Shown here: piece by piece, positions 12,200-26,200 of the stretch | How positions within the stretch are numbered: position 1 is the stretch's first letter | Layout of the letters: each line of letters starts with the position of its first letter | Source of the DNA: Camelus dromedarius | Taxonomy: Eukaryota | Reading direction: 5' to 3' | Assembly (NCBI RefSeq): GCF_036321535.1 | Contig: NC_087436.1 | Location: forward strand, 86,244,001-86,308,000 | Length of the DNA: 64,000 bases | Translations under genes and position numbers: made by a program | The notes under the pieces: model-generated | What the model saw: only the letters and a program-made list of their open reading frames with translations | Database searches by the model: none | Told to the model about the DNA's origin: nothing

Positions 12200-13037
12200 G
12201 TAAGTTAAAGGGCTGTTTTGTGAGTTTCTCTATTAAATGATCATTTATTTTGCTTCTGATCTTATTCTTTCCATGATTATTAATCAGCAAAGGTGTCAGG
12301 AGCTTAATCTCCTGAGTGCAAGGATTTTCTACGGTTCACAGATGCACGGTTTCATGTGCAAGACTGATTTATAAAGTTATGAATGACTTGAAAACAAGGC
12401 TTCACTGTGTTCTGAAAAATAATAAATTAATTGCCAAGATAAAATAGCCTGAACGTGTGTTGATGGAGTGTGAAATTTTAGATGCTGTATAAAGAATAAC
12501 CACAACTTTGGTTACGCAGCAAGTCAGATATGGCTTTTTTATATAATGCTAATCAGGTTTCCAAGTATGGAAGAAAACCTTTCAGCCAAGCCGTTGGAGC
12601 TTAAGAAACCTTTAGCCTTTATAGATTTTAACTGCCCATACCTCAGTGGCCTTTAGAGAATCTTTCAAAGTGTTATTAGAATATTATTCTGTAAAAATTA
12701 TCTTCAAAGTAAACAGGAGATGAGATGTTGCTCAGCTTGTGTTTATTCTTTAAAAGATACCAGATGGGCACATGAATACAATGGATTTTGGAACTTAGAA
12801 TGGGATTTAATTTACTGATTCTTTGATTTACTTGAACAATTTTTCTCTTTGAAAAGTTCAGAATAGTTTGGAAAATTATAAATCATTATTTATTCTCCCT
12901 TGAGCTTGGGTGTTTTATTTTAAATATGGGAAGATTATTATATTAAAAGAAAAGGATTTAAGGTAGAGTGAAGTACCTGGCAAATAATTTCTCACAAATT
13001 TTGTCTATTCTTTCAAACAATATAGCCATCATAGGTA

Positions 13038-13038
<1 letters not shown>

Positions 13039-13080
<42 letters not shown>
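13039..13080. repeat. Compound microsatellite (TA)8(TG)13
   Basis: Read directly. Confidence 0.95.
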
Positions 13081-13081
<1 letters not shown>

Positions 13082-14289
13082 TGTGTGTATAAAAGATTGA
13101 TTAAAACAATGCTTAAATAGTTGGAAATTACCATAAAATCATTTTCTATGTAGCATTTTCTCTTTCATTATCACACAGTCAAATCCCATTTCTAGCCTTG
13201 AACATAAAAGATTTCTTAAAAATGTCTTTTTTCATAGAATAACTCTATTCAGAGAAGGAGATAATGTAGATTTTATCATTATCTATTATATCAAACTTGT
13301 TAATTTATGATGATGAGAAATACACTTGATACTTCTTTAGTAAAAGCACAAAGAACTTGTTTTGAGACTGACTTATAAAAATGTTAGTCTCATATTTTCA
13401 TCATAGATATAAGAGTAGGTGTTTTGCAAGTAGGGATGGACATGTAAAGAGATTTTGTGAAAAAGTATTTGCTGTATTTATAAGCTCAAAGTTTAAAAAG
13501 GAGGCTTTTTATTTATTTATTTTGCATATTTCCAAATTTACTTTGGAAGAGAAAACAAAAGTTATTCGTAGTGTTTTTATTTCCAGATAGAACTATATGA
13601 ATGTAATTGATTCATAAAGTGTGCTCATTATATTCATGTTTATTTTTATGATTTTCTATTATTAGCTAAAAGTAAAATAATTTAACCTTGTAAAACATTC
13701 TGAACCATGTGCTCTGTTTGTAAAACAGTTTCCTTTAATTTATCATGAATTTTTACATAAACACTTCTACTAAAGCCATTATATTATTTTTTACACCATC
13801 ATAGAAGACATCCAGAAGAATAGGTTAAAAATACATTAAAATTGCTTTAAAATATATTTTTTCTAAGTTTTCTCAGAGTATATATATTTGTGATATTTGA
13901 ATGGGGGAAAACATAATTTTAAAAACTTCCTAAAAGTAATTTTGAAAAGATAAGGTAGTAAATAATCTACCATGTATTTGACCTCAACTTTTCTTTATAG
14001 AAATTTATTTTGTTAGTTAAAGGAAAATAATGTTCCTCCATTATATTTTGAATATTTGAGTCAATCTCTGAAAAATACTAACTTGATACCAACTTTTCTT
14101 TTTATTCAGATATGATAGAGCAGTATGATCTAGAAGAAATCAGACAAGTGGTCAGTTTCTGTGTGTGGCTTCTAAAGGAAAAAAGTTTGTAGGATATATT
14201 CTTTAAAAACTAGTAGTAATTCAAATATAGTCAAAGATAGCCTTTAATTTACATTATGTAGTATATACTGTAAATGTAATTTAATCAGC

Positions 14290-14360
14290 AAATTTTAGAG
14301 CTGCAAAGAATCTTCTCATCTAGTTCAATTCCCTTATTTTATAGATGAGGAAACTGAGAA
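14290..14360 (-). mobile_element. MIR core fragment
   Basis: catctagttcaattcccttattttatagatgaggaaactgag. Confidence 0.7.
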
Positions 14361-15084
14361 ACAGGAGACTCTAGCTCAAATAAGGAAGCTGAATAGGAAG
14401 CTAGTGAACATTTTGTAAGCAAGTCACAGATCAGGAGAGCGGCAAAGAGGGTGCCTAAGGCTTAGTGCAGGATAAGTCCACTAGGAGAGGAATATTTTTG
14501 AGCCATGTATCGAAATGCCTTCTTTATTGGGACAGATCAAAGGCCAGGAGAACTGAAGGGTGAAAATGAAGGTTTCTGGCCCAAATGGCTAAATGTAGAA
14601 GAGTGTCCAAACCTGGAGGTCATCTCAAGACATAGTTACTGAAAAAGAATTGAGGAGTTCGCCAAACTTGGAAGCTGTTCAAATCAAAAAAAAAAAATTT
14701 TTTTTTTTTGGCATCTGTTCCATACAGAGTTAAGACATGGGGAAGAATTGATAATAATTTAAGATAGTTCTGAGTTTGGAATAAAAATTAGCTCTGGTCA
14801 GTTTGTGTCTTTCTTTGTTACTGTGTTTTGTTTTTGTTTTGTTTTGTTCCCTTTAGTTTCCTAGTAAAGTGTCCTTTGGAATGAATTTTAACATTTAAAT
14901 TTGCAAACCTGAGAAGAAAAGGATGTTTAAAAAAAAGAGAGAGATAACACTCTTTGTCTAGAGATCACATATCCTGATACAGTAAAATGAGAGTAAGTCT
15001 AAGAACTTAAAGACCAATGGAATTGGGCTTTAGATAAAAGGGAAGAAGGTTGAAGAAGTAAATATTGAGTCAACTGCAACCACA

Positions 15085-15300
15085 ATAGGGCAGTAGAAGG
15101 GGCAAGGCTTTGGAGGTAAGACAGTCCTTTGTTCAAATACTGATTTCACAATCCATAATATTATACTTCTTGGATCATCAGTTTTCTCTATAAAATGAGG
15201 ATGATAATACTTGCCTTATAAAAAATTGTTGAGATTAAATAGGTGTATATAGTATGAAACACTTGGTATGTAGTTAGTCCTCAGTAAATGCTAGCTCCTT
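15085..15300 (+). mobile_element. MIR SINE in the last CHIC2 intron
   Basis: ggctttggaggtaagacagtcctttgttcaaatact...tcagttttctctataaaatgaggatgataatactt...ctcagtaaatgctagct. Confidence 0.8.
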
Positions 15301-15443
15301 TTTCTCATTCATTCATACATGCATTCTCCTGTTTGTCAGAGGAACTATCAAAATCATTTTAAGTGATGGAATATAACTGAAATTTTTTTTTAAGATAAAA
15401 ATCTTTTAAAATCTTTTTAAAACTTTTTTTTCTCCTTCTACAG

Positions 15444-15494
15444 GTCATCCTCATAGAATTTTTACCAAAGACACCGATTTTTCGACCAGATTAG
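15444..15494 (+). CDS. CHIC2: CHIC2 last exon, coding part including TAG stop
   Basis: Acceptor ttttttttctccttctacAG. Translates to VILIEFLPKTPIFRPD*. The KTPIFRPD ending matches CHIC2 as I recall it; CHIC1 has KYPIFRPD. Confidence 0.96.
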   Translation, partial: VILIEFLPKTPIFRPD

Positions 15495-17230
15495 CATTTA
15501 CTTTATTTATAGAGACTTTCCAAGTATGTTGTCTTTCCAATGGTGCCTTGCTTGGTGCTCTCCTGGTGGTGACATAACATTGGTTCTACAGAATCGTGTG
15601 GTGTTTTTTTCTGGTTTTTTTTTTTTTTCAATAACCGCATGTTCTAAGTGTGCATTTTTGTCAAACTTTGCAACAGTTATTTCATACAGATGTTTAATAC
15701 TTAAGTTATTGTGCTCTTTTCTGTTATGTATTCTGATTTTAAGGATTACTTTTTTGTATTATCAAAAAAATACATTTGAACTTAGCATAAAACATGGCTA
15801 GCCTTTTTTATTTTACCACCAAGGTACACAGAGTCCTTTATTTATTAATTCCTTAATATAGAAAAAGACCTTTGTAAGGCTCTACTTATATATTCTAGCA
15901 AGCACACTCTTTGCATTATTTTTCTTGCTTTTAAAATTTAATGTAGTTATTATTTTTAAATAGTTTTCTTTGATAGCTTTTTGAAACCTAACGCATTCTT
16001 TCTCATACAATTCCTAATGCTCTGTTTACAACAGAAATATCTGTAACGTTATGAAGACCTGTCAAAAAGTTTTGAAAGTATTTCTGTCTTCAAAAGTAGC
16101 AAGGCAGGATTAAATTATTTTCATTAGAATATACAAATCAGTGAATGATATGCATGCATCTAATGGTTACTGGAGCTCAGGATCACAAAATATAGTAGCA
16201 TTACAATCTGTATATTTTTGATCAAGATGGTATTAATAATGGCCTTATTTGGTTACTTTCTATTGTTTATCAAATCTTATATACAGAAGTATAAAAATAT
16301 TCCCTTAAAAATTCTAAGGAAAATATTTCTCCCAATTTAACACAATTGTAGAATGGGCATATGTTTCTGAAAAGTTTTTGAAAGAAAGCTAAAGTTCTAG
16401 AATTACAGTAAGCTGGTGTTTAATACCCCATTCATATTTAAAAACAGATTATTGCTAAAAAAAAAATAGAGGACATATTTAGTACTGTTTCTATCCACTA
16501 GTTTGCTTTCAGTCCAGTTATGTATACTTTTTTGATTGAGATTGTAACATCTAAGTTTGAATCAGATCAGCTTATTTCTTTAAAATATATACAAACATAC
16601 ATTTTTTTCTCCTTTTGGTTGTACATATCTCCATGCATTTTAAAACTTTCTAAATTTCTGAATGGCCTATCTGTAAATTTTTGTTTTTATAAACCTGGAA
16701 TTATACAAATTTTATGTGTGTCAAGAACTTGTTCCATACGACTGTGGTATCGAGCAATAATGTGAATAACTTTTGAAATTATATAAACTATGCTAATTTG
16801 TATTAAGAATTGGTACCACTATATAATACCTTTTTTCCCTTTATTAAACCTTTTAAATACCAGTTTCATTAATTTATATATATCTGTATTTTTAAAAAGT
16901 ATTTCTTTGTACTTCTCCAAAGTACTGTAATTCTATAAAAATTTGAATAGTTGAATGCCAGTATCTTATATCCTATATCAGACATTAGGAACTATTTTAA
17001 AAACTAAGAAAACTAAGTTTCTTTTTTTTTTTTTTTTTTGGTCTGAGATTTATTTGTTTCCATTGCCCAGCAAGACACTTACCAACTTGAATTTATAAAA
17101 CACTTTTCCTTTGAAAAGCTCAAAGTACCAAGAATTCAAACACTTCTCACTTTATTTACGGTGTATCTTGGATGTATCCTGTCTCCTTAAAGTAGTGCAA
17201 TTAAAAGATAACGCTGTTCAGACTCTAGTG
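15495..17230 (+). other. CHIC2: CHIC2 3' UTR; end uncertain (proximal ~15810, distal ~16870 or ~17225)
   Basis: AU-rich, repeat-free sequence after the stop. Candidate polyA hexamers are CATAAA 15786-15791, ATTAAA 16843-16848 and ATTAAA 17200-17205, the last followed by GU-rich sequence. Confidence 0.6.
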
Positions 17231-20200
17231 TTCCTCTGTGGTTTCAGTGTGATGTAGCATTGTTGTATGAAGGATGCTAATTCTGCCTCAGGATTTATAA
17301 CGAGCAGAATAACATGACTGCAGACTATGCGGCACAGGTTTCCAAATCTAAAGTTTTGTGAACTGAGCGAGCACCATACTAATCAGCTTTAAAGGAAGAA
17401 CTACATCTATTTAGGCATTTTTTTTTCTCTTATTATTATTCTGTAAATTGTAATTTTAACATTATGTTCCCAGAATATTTTTAACAAAAAGATGATTTTC
17501 ATACTTGATAATGTTAAGTACAGGATTTTAAAAAGCTTTTCTAATTTTATTGAGAAGTATATCAGTTGCTTAAAGATTCCCTAGAATTGGGCACACTTAT
17601 ATTTCTAACGAATGTGTAGAAAAGAGCTGTGAATGCTTAATATGTGGCATTACCATAATCCAGTCACGCTTTGAGAGGTTAGATTTCTATACTTGGGATT
17701 TCATTAGTAGCTGGCGTAAGCACTCTGGTTTATCCTTTCTTGAATCATAAATTTAAGTGCCCATGTTACTGGAAATTAGAAATGTCAGAGATGCCTGTGC
17801 TATGTGAACATTAGTTCAAAGGAAATGTTTGAAATGATGATTGCTCTTCAGTTACTGTTTTCTGACTTATAAGTTTGTGAGACTTGAACCATACTTATAA
17901 AACTGTCCAAGAATAGGTATTGTCAGCAGAAAATCTAATTGCGGATTTTACATGGGCTATGTGAATAACTTATGATCTTTGTTCTTATGTTACTGGTGTT
18001 TTGCAATTAGTCTAGGATTCTTGTGTAGAAACATTCCTTTATCAAATAATGCACTTTGCAGACCCTATTATATTTTAGTACATGACTCTTGTATATCTGA
18101 GTTAAAATATATACTCCAAAACCTAATGACTATAGTAAAACTGAATTGACATATTTAGCTTTTAAGGTAGATATGCCCCTCTCTCACAAGAGGGTCACCT
18201 TACCTATATAAAATGGTCATCAGATGCTTTATTAAGACTCTTTAGTGACTAGGTTTTATCCATTTAAAATACGAACGTGTGTTTTGGCCTAAAATCAAAA
18301 AGTGTTCAAACCTTAAATACCAGTAAACAATTTCCTTTTCTTACTAGAAAAACCTAGTTTTGTAATTGAATGATTCTAAATCAGGAAGAACCACAACTTG
18401 CTCCATGGTTGCATTTTCAGTGTTATTTGTAGAGAGCTTCTGATTGCTTCTTTATGTTAGTGGACACAAGCTGACCATATAAAAACTTGACACATTCCAT
18501 ATCTGTCTTTGGTTATAGAAAAATGATATTAAGTAGTAAAATACAGTGGGACCCATAGTTGCATGAGTTCAAACTATACTAGTGTTATTTAATATTCTGT
18601 ATATAGACTGTTTGAACTTTCATGGTATTTTCTTCGCGATTATGACTATTAGCTGCTTGCCTGATGTTTTACTGTAAATATTTGCTTTGGCTCAGCTATT
18701 GGTCAGTATACTAAATCAGAAGTACATATGTTTTAAAACTGTCTTTGATGGAATTTCAGCATCTAGTCCTGGACTCTTTCCTTCTCCTATCCCACTGAAG
18801 CACTGTGGGTTCTTTTGTTGCCCTCTTGATCTCCAGAGTCTTCACCCAGGCGTGGACATAGTTTAGAATTGCCTTTCTGTCTTCCTTCCCCAAAGCTCCC
18901 AGTAAGAATGTTAATGTTTTTGCATTCTTAGCTAGGTGTTTAGGAGGCCAGTTAATGTGAGTCAGTCACATTAAGTGATGAATGGCTGACATTCTGAATT
19001 CTGCTTAAGTGGTACTTTCATCTTTAAAAGGGAATTTCTTAACTTAAATTTCCAATTGGTGCAGTGGTACAGTTTGTGTTTGCCTTTTCAACAGACCCTA
19101 CTTTACAGTCCACTCTTTACAGGAAGGGAGTAATAGGATGGTTGCATATGGGGCTTCTCAAACCAGTATTTCTGAAGAAATCTGATTTATGTCTAGCATT
19201 AGGGCAGAAAGAATCGGCTTAAGACCAATCCCAGATCAAACTATTAGTTATCCATAATAGTTTATGTTTAAATAAATACTCTTTTAAAATAAATAAAGCA
19301 ACTCCTAATTTCTTATAGATACAATAGCCTACTTTATCCTGTTTTTTAGGAACTACTGTATATAAATTGAGATTTGAAGATTTGTCTTTAAATCTTGAGT
19401 TATCTTGTTCTGTACATTTACAAAGATTTTTAGGTAATTTAAGAGAAACATAAATATTATTTACATTATTAGTCATAATTCTGTGTACTGGTTTCTGTTA
19501 TAGGGAGCAGTCACCCCCTCAACCCATCCCATGCTAAATTGAAACAACAGGTTATAGCCTTAATAGACAGTTCTGAAAACAGAAATTCAGATTGCTAATT
19601 CTGAATTTGGATTGATTTCTGATGTTCTGCAAGATCACCAAGTTACTTGGCCTCTTTGCTTCTCATTTTCACAGAAGGAGGATACTCTGACTACCTCATA
19701 TTTTTAAATCATTTATTTTACTGTTATTCATTAAGTGCTATACAGAATTAAGTAGCTAGATGTTCAACAGTAATGGTTGAGTGGCTTTTTTGACTTATTT
19801 ACAATATCAGCAGAAACTTGAGTTATCAAATTTTGCATTTAAAATTTAAGAGTACTCCCTATATGTACTTAAAATTAAGTTTTGCATGCTTAAAAATCAG
19901 GTAAACATTAAATAGAATACTTGAGAAAAGTTTCTTTTTAATAAAAGCTTTTAAAATATAGTCACATCTCTGATATGTAAGCAAAATCATGCCCTTTTTT
20001 GGTTTGTTTTTAACATTTCCTCTACTTCATAAACATGGTGCTCTGAATTTGAGAGTTGACTGCTTTTTTCTCTTCATGAAAAATAGACGGTATGTTGTTT
20101 CCCTAGCTCTTTATCTCAGAAATATTTCAGTGAACTAACTATACCAGGTAATTCTTAATTTTGGCAGATGAGCTGTCTAGTCTTTTTTTTTTAAAGAAAC

Positions 20201-23200
20201 AATGTCACCCAACCTTCAAGACTAGATAAGTAAATTTTCAGTGCTCCTGTCTGTTGGACCATAATGTCTCCTCAAACTGCAGATTTTTTCTCTCCTGTTA
20301 TTTTACCTACTGATTCTTAATTTAATAAAACTGGTTCAATTCTTTCTCAATATAAATGCTACATAGATTTAAAATGTTTTAGAAGGAAAGAGCATTCTAT
20401 TTCCTCAAGAAACCTTTTGTACAAATTAAAGACCACTTCCTCTTCCTTCTCTTCATAGCAGCTTATTTAATTGGATAATTACAACAGTCTCATTGCATTG
20501 CCACAAAGTCTTCATAAACATGAGTTTGTTTTAACTAAAGTTATCAAAGCCCTTTTAACGTGTCTATTTCTTTTTACATTTGTTAGCGCTATGACATTTT
20601 GCCCTCTCAGGAAAGTTAAGCATTCCAGTGGCAGTGGAAGCACGGTAGACATGACTGAAAGTAACATGCTGGCTGAGAGAAATAACTGCATTGCTGCCCT
20701 ACACTTTGATTTACGAAGGTGAAGGTTATGCAATGGCCAGGAATTGCACGTGGCTTTATACTTCCTTTTATGCATTCTTTATGTATTACGATAGAAATTA
20801 TTTTTTAAAGCAAAATATTACTCTAGAGTTTTCTTCTATCATGTCCTTTTGAGAAGATAATAAAAGAGACCACCTTGAATACAGTATTCTTTGATTTATC
20901 TTTTATAGTTTTAAGTGTGATAATTAAACAATCTGAAAAGTACCAAATAAAGGATTTTAGGAATTTGTTCCTATGTTTTTGATGAGCATGGAGTAGTTTT
21001 CAAATAAAGTAATTCATCAGAAATTTCTGATGGATGAGCAATTATGCAGACCCAAGATCAGGGTCCCTATTAATCATACTTTCAGATAATTCTAATTACA
21101 TCTAGGTAAGTCTGCTAACATTAAAAAAAAGAAAGTTGCACCATCTCAGGACCTGGCACATAGCAGATATCCAGTGTTTGTTACATAAATAAATTTAATT
21201 CAATCCAGAAAAATGGAAGTAATTTAGTAAAATACACAGTTAAATTTTAAAGGTATGTATTATATTTTTCTTTCATTATTAAGAAATTAAAGCCATTGCC
21301 AAACAAGTACCATGTTTTTGTTAAGACGAGATTTTCCCTTTGGTTAGATAAAAATTTGTTTGCCTTTATAGTTATGAAAAAATATGTATTTAAGGTGGCT
21401 TTTTGTCCATTGTTGGTTGCAGTATATTTATTTAGTCTTATAAAATTAAGTCTTCTTTGACATGGTTTTTCCAGTAAACAAATGGAGCTAGGGGATTTTT
21501 TTTTTTTTTAATTTTACTTTATCTAGTTGAGTTTTTGTTGCTTTGCCTAGTTGAGTTTTTATTGTTACTCTGCTGTAACACAGGACTTCAGCACATGATT
21601 TTATGCTCAAAACCGAAATATGAGCTAATTCACAGCATTTGGTCTCTAAAGACTATAATATGTTAAGTAAACTTTTAAGCTAATTTAGGTGACATTGGAA
21701 AAGGGAGTCTAAAATTTAGAAATCAAATCACTTTAAAGGAAATTGACCAAACTTAATCACATCTATTGAAATGACCGTGTGAATGAACACACAAACATAT
21801 TTCTTCTATAAACATGACCTGTACAAATTTCTGGGAATAAAACATCTGACATTATAAATATGAGTTTAGGAGCTATAAGCAATACACTTATAAAAGAAAA
21901 TTTTATATTATTGTGTTCATGAACTCACTTTATAGTTAGAAAAAAGAAGAGGAAAAAATACAACTTACATACTACCTTTTTTCCCTCTAGAGATCTTAAG
22001 TTTTCCCTAAATTTAAAAAGCCAGTAGAGCTATATTACATAGAGTTCTTGATTATCCTATTTAGGCTTAGCATTGGTTTTTAAGTTTTCAGGAGGAAACA
22101 GAAATAATTCTAATCATGATCCCTGCAAATACACATATTTAGCAGTATTTAGCTGAAGTTTATCTATTGCATTGTATGAAATGACTATTTATCATATAAA
22201 CTTTTTTTTTTCCATTTGATTTGATTGACCCAGATTCTAGTGCAAACCTTTAAAAAGTAGTTCCATATATATGAAAAAATGTATGTGCGTGTATACATAC
22301 ACATAATTCTAAAATAAAGTAATTGTAACTCAGTTCACTAAGATACCTTTTTGCAGTAGGCAGTTAAGATGCATTTATACTCCATCACCTGGATTGTTTT
22401 AGTAAAAGTACAAAATGACAATTGATTCTATTCAAAACATTTAAAAACTAAGGGAAATTTGTGTTCGTGGATTATTTTTTTTCCTTGAATCATCTCAGTA
22501 TTGTAGTTTTAAAAGGATTGATTTATTTTCTGAATTTCTATTCTTTTATTCACTTTTTTTTTCATCCTGACAAGAAAAATGTGAGAGTTCTCAGAAGTAT
22601 ATTAAGTTTCCCTTTCCACAGTTGGAAACCTAAGCAAAAATGCCATTACTGCTTGTAGAAGTTACTATCGTAGAATCCATCACAGAAAGCCCAAAAGATA
22701 GTCCAACCTTTTGTACCTACAGTCTTAGATATTGTTAGATGGCCATTCAGTTTTCTTTACATTGTGTGTGAGATGAATATTTCTTAAGACTTTTTTGTTT
22801 GCTTTACTAAAGAAATCAACGAAGGAAAAAAAAAAAAAACCCAAAAAAACAAAACAAACAAAAAACACCCTGTAACTCATGTGAAGCATGCAGGGTGTTG
22901 TAATTTCAGTTTGCAAAGCGGTGTGATACAATGTTGCTGAGCCAAAAGCACACGATAGATTTAATGTAACCAATTGTGTACTTTTGAAAAAAAGAGTAAC
23001 TGTTCCCTGTGAGTTAATTTTGGATTTTTTCAAAATCTCTCTTTTAGGCTTTGTGCTGGATTCTTCCAGACAAATGCGTATTCCATGTGGGCCACTGTTC
23101 TGCTAAATGCTCTCAGTTCTCCTTTTGCAATCAAGATTATGTTGCTAAGGAGATTTTGCTTTTATTGGTGCCATTGATTTGTGTTAATACGTTTTGAATA

Positions 23201-26200
23201 CCACTCCGTATTCTTCTGTAGACAAGGCCAAAAGAAAAACTTCCCCGAGTTTTCCAATTTACATTACAAATGGAGCGGTGGTGTAATGAAGCCGATATAA
23301 AGTGGGCAGTTGAAAGGGAACTAAAGAAGGGCACTCAAGTGAGAAATGAAGAAATGTGCCGAGTGTAGTCTGTGGGCTGCCTTCTTCGGTCCAGCTGCAG
23401 GAACTGGCTCTGGCCAGAGGTAGAGTGAGTGAGCACCTCCCTCTGCAAAGACCACCCACTTTTTGGAGCCCAGTCTGGCATACCATAGATTACCTCATTG
23501 ACTAATATAGGGCCATTTTACAAAGTGTGAAACTCTTCTGAAGTGGCAAAGAGATGGTTCTCTCTCACCCCTAAATCTCTTTTTTGAGTCCTTTCTAGAG
23601 CATGACTGAGGCTAGACTTTCTATAGCTTATGACCTTAAGTTGTCCTTAAAGGATACCCTGTGGATGATTGTAAGGACTAGCATATTCAAATATTGTTTG
23701 TATGTCTCTAGATGTGGAAGATGTTAACTCGATGAAATGGAAGGTTTTAGCTATATGTTCCTTACTTTGTATCATATTCAAGAATCCAGACACTGTCGTC
23801 TTACTTTAAAAAAAAAAAAAAAAAAGCCCTCAAATGTTCTGCTGTGAATGGAAGGAGAATCCAACTTGACATGTCTTGAATCAGTGAAGTGATTTACTTA
23901 CATTATAGTATCTGAAGGTATTAAAGGATACATTTGTGGCACAGTCATATCCCTTTAGTGGTTTACATTGATCAAACAGGCTTATAGTTTTGTTATGTTT
24001 GTTTTTAAATCAAAGCAAAAATACTGCACTGATACAATCTGAAGAGTTTTTAGACATTTTAAATTAGAAATGTCAAAAATAATATACTAGAAACTATGAA
24101 AAAAATTACTACACAAGTTTGGGGAAATTAAAATCTGATCACAAAGGAAGCATCTCAAGTGTTAAAAGAAGAAGCCTGCATTATTCAGAGATGAAAAATG
24201 GCTGTTTCTGTCAAAATAATTTATTAATAACTTCAGCAAAATAAAAGTCTAAATTATCCATCCTTTAATGTTGTATGATCTGGGCAAGAAGCAAAAATTG
24301 AAGAGGCATTTTGCTAGCAGTGGCAAATATGAAATTTATAAAAACATCTGAAAGTGGAATCTTTAATTCCTTTATTTATAGTTCTCTTCAGTAGATTTTT
24401 CTCCCAAAGATGCTCAGCAGGTACTGTGCTTCATGGTTAAGATCCCAACTTCCAGACTAAATGTGGGAAGAATTTTTATCTTACATCCCAAAATCTTGGT
24501 ACATTTGTACTTGTTTTTTTCTCCTGTAATTTTAAAAAGCATTTAAAATTAATTAACTGGAGCTTTAAAGACTAAAGTCAGAAAATACAGGGTGAATTTG
24601 TATTTTTGACCTGGTATTTTTGGCTGTATTTGTCAATGGTTTCTATGTTAATGATACCATTCTTTCATGGTATAATCTTAAATTTAAGTTGTATTATAGG
24701 TAAAAGGTAATGAGACATATACTAATATTTTTATGCTATATATTGAGAGCATTTTTTTTCAAATTGGAATTAATCTATTGAAACTGACTTTTAAATTACT
24801 TTAAACTTATGCTTGGAAAGCTTAACCTGAAGAGGTAGGCAAACCTATTCCGTTCATGTACATAAAACAAGTGATATAGCTTTATTCTGAGCATTAAACA
24901 TGTAACAAAAACTCATGAAATTATTTTCCAAAGACAGGTAAAATTTACCGGAGGTATTCTAAGATTTATGAACTCTGAAGATTCAGCTGTTTATAGTCTT
25001 CTGTTTGTAACATACCATACCTTCTGGAAGGTATTTTTGTAAAAGAATGCAAGTGTGAGAGATCAACCATTCTGCCCAGATTGTCTGACCAATATTTCTT
25101 CTATCTGCTGCTTAGAGCAAAGATTAGTTAGGTGATTTATAAATACATGGTATTTAAATACTATCAAAAGCATCAACAGTTAGGCTGCATCAGGAAAGAG
25201 CTTTGCAGAAAGTGTGTGTAGGAAAGTTCTGTCTTCTTTTCCAGTTTTGTCAGCACTAAGTCTTGCCCTTTAGCCATATACCCCCCATCCATTTTTAAAA
25301 AGGTAGAATCTCCGAGCTGAAAGAAACCCCAAAGGTGCCCAGTGGGAATGTGCCTTGAAATCCTGGGGAGTTTTTTGTTTTTTGGTTTTTTTCAAATACA
25401 CTTGGCTGTACTCTCCCCCCATTAGAATTGGGAGGAGAGTGAAGGAGAGCGTATATGTATTTTGAAATTTTTTTCTCAATTATGATGACATTGTCCCTTC
25501 CTATTGTAACCTTATAATGAACTCTCATTTATCTATGTTCATGGATTGTTAGTGATAGAGCTCATGTGGGGGGTCTTTCCTGCAGTAAATACTATAAATA
25601 GAATTTTCCTTTTTGCAAATATAGGTGTTAAAAAAAATTCCTAAAAGTTATCATTTGAAGTCCAGAAAGCATTATCAAAATTGATTCTTTGCAACTGAAA
25701 GACTATCATCTATGCCTTGAACACCTAAAGGCAAATTGTTGAAACAAAGCAAAACAAAAACAAAAAAAACAAAGGGGGAAAAAGCCCAAAAAACCCCACC
25801 AAATTCCTTGTCTCTAAGTGATAAAATTTCAGCTCTGTCTACTGCCCAACCTGAGAACTGTGACTTAAACATTTAATTATTTATTGCTGGTGCATGTGAA
25901 AACATTTAGAATGGCTGGCAGCCTACCAGACCCAGAGTTAAACATTCTCCAGTCTGACTAGACTGCTGGGTAGCCAACTTCACATCAGATTAAACACATT
26001 CTCTTCCTAATGAATAGCTTGGAACCCAAAAAATTGATTTTGTTACAAAAAAAAAAAAAAAAAAAAAAGCAAGGGGTGTGTTGTTTTCTAAATTAAAATT
26101 ATTTTACATTTTACTGACAGTATTCTAATTATGATTGTCAAATGTATTTTCTTTGGTGGTGGTGAGATGGAAGAGAAATGGACAATGAGGGACTTTTCAT

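Noticed and set aside
15526..15801. 91-aa hydrophobic ORF after the CHIC2 stop
   Set aside because: The hydrophobicity comes from the T-rich 3' UTR, and there is no recognisable homology.
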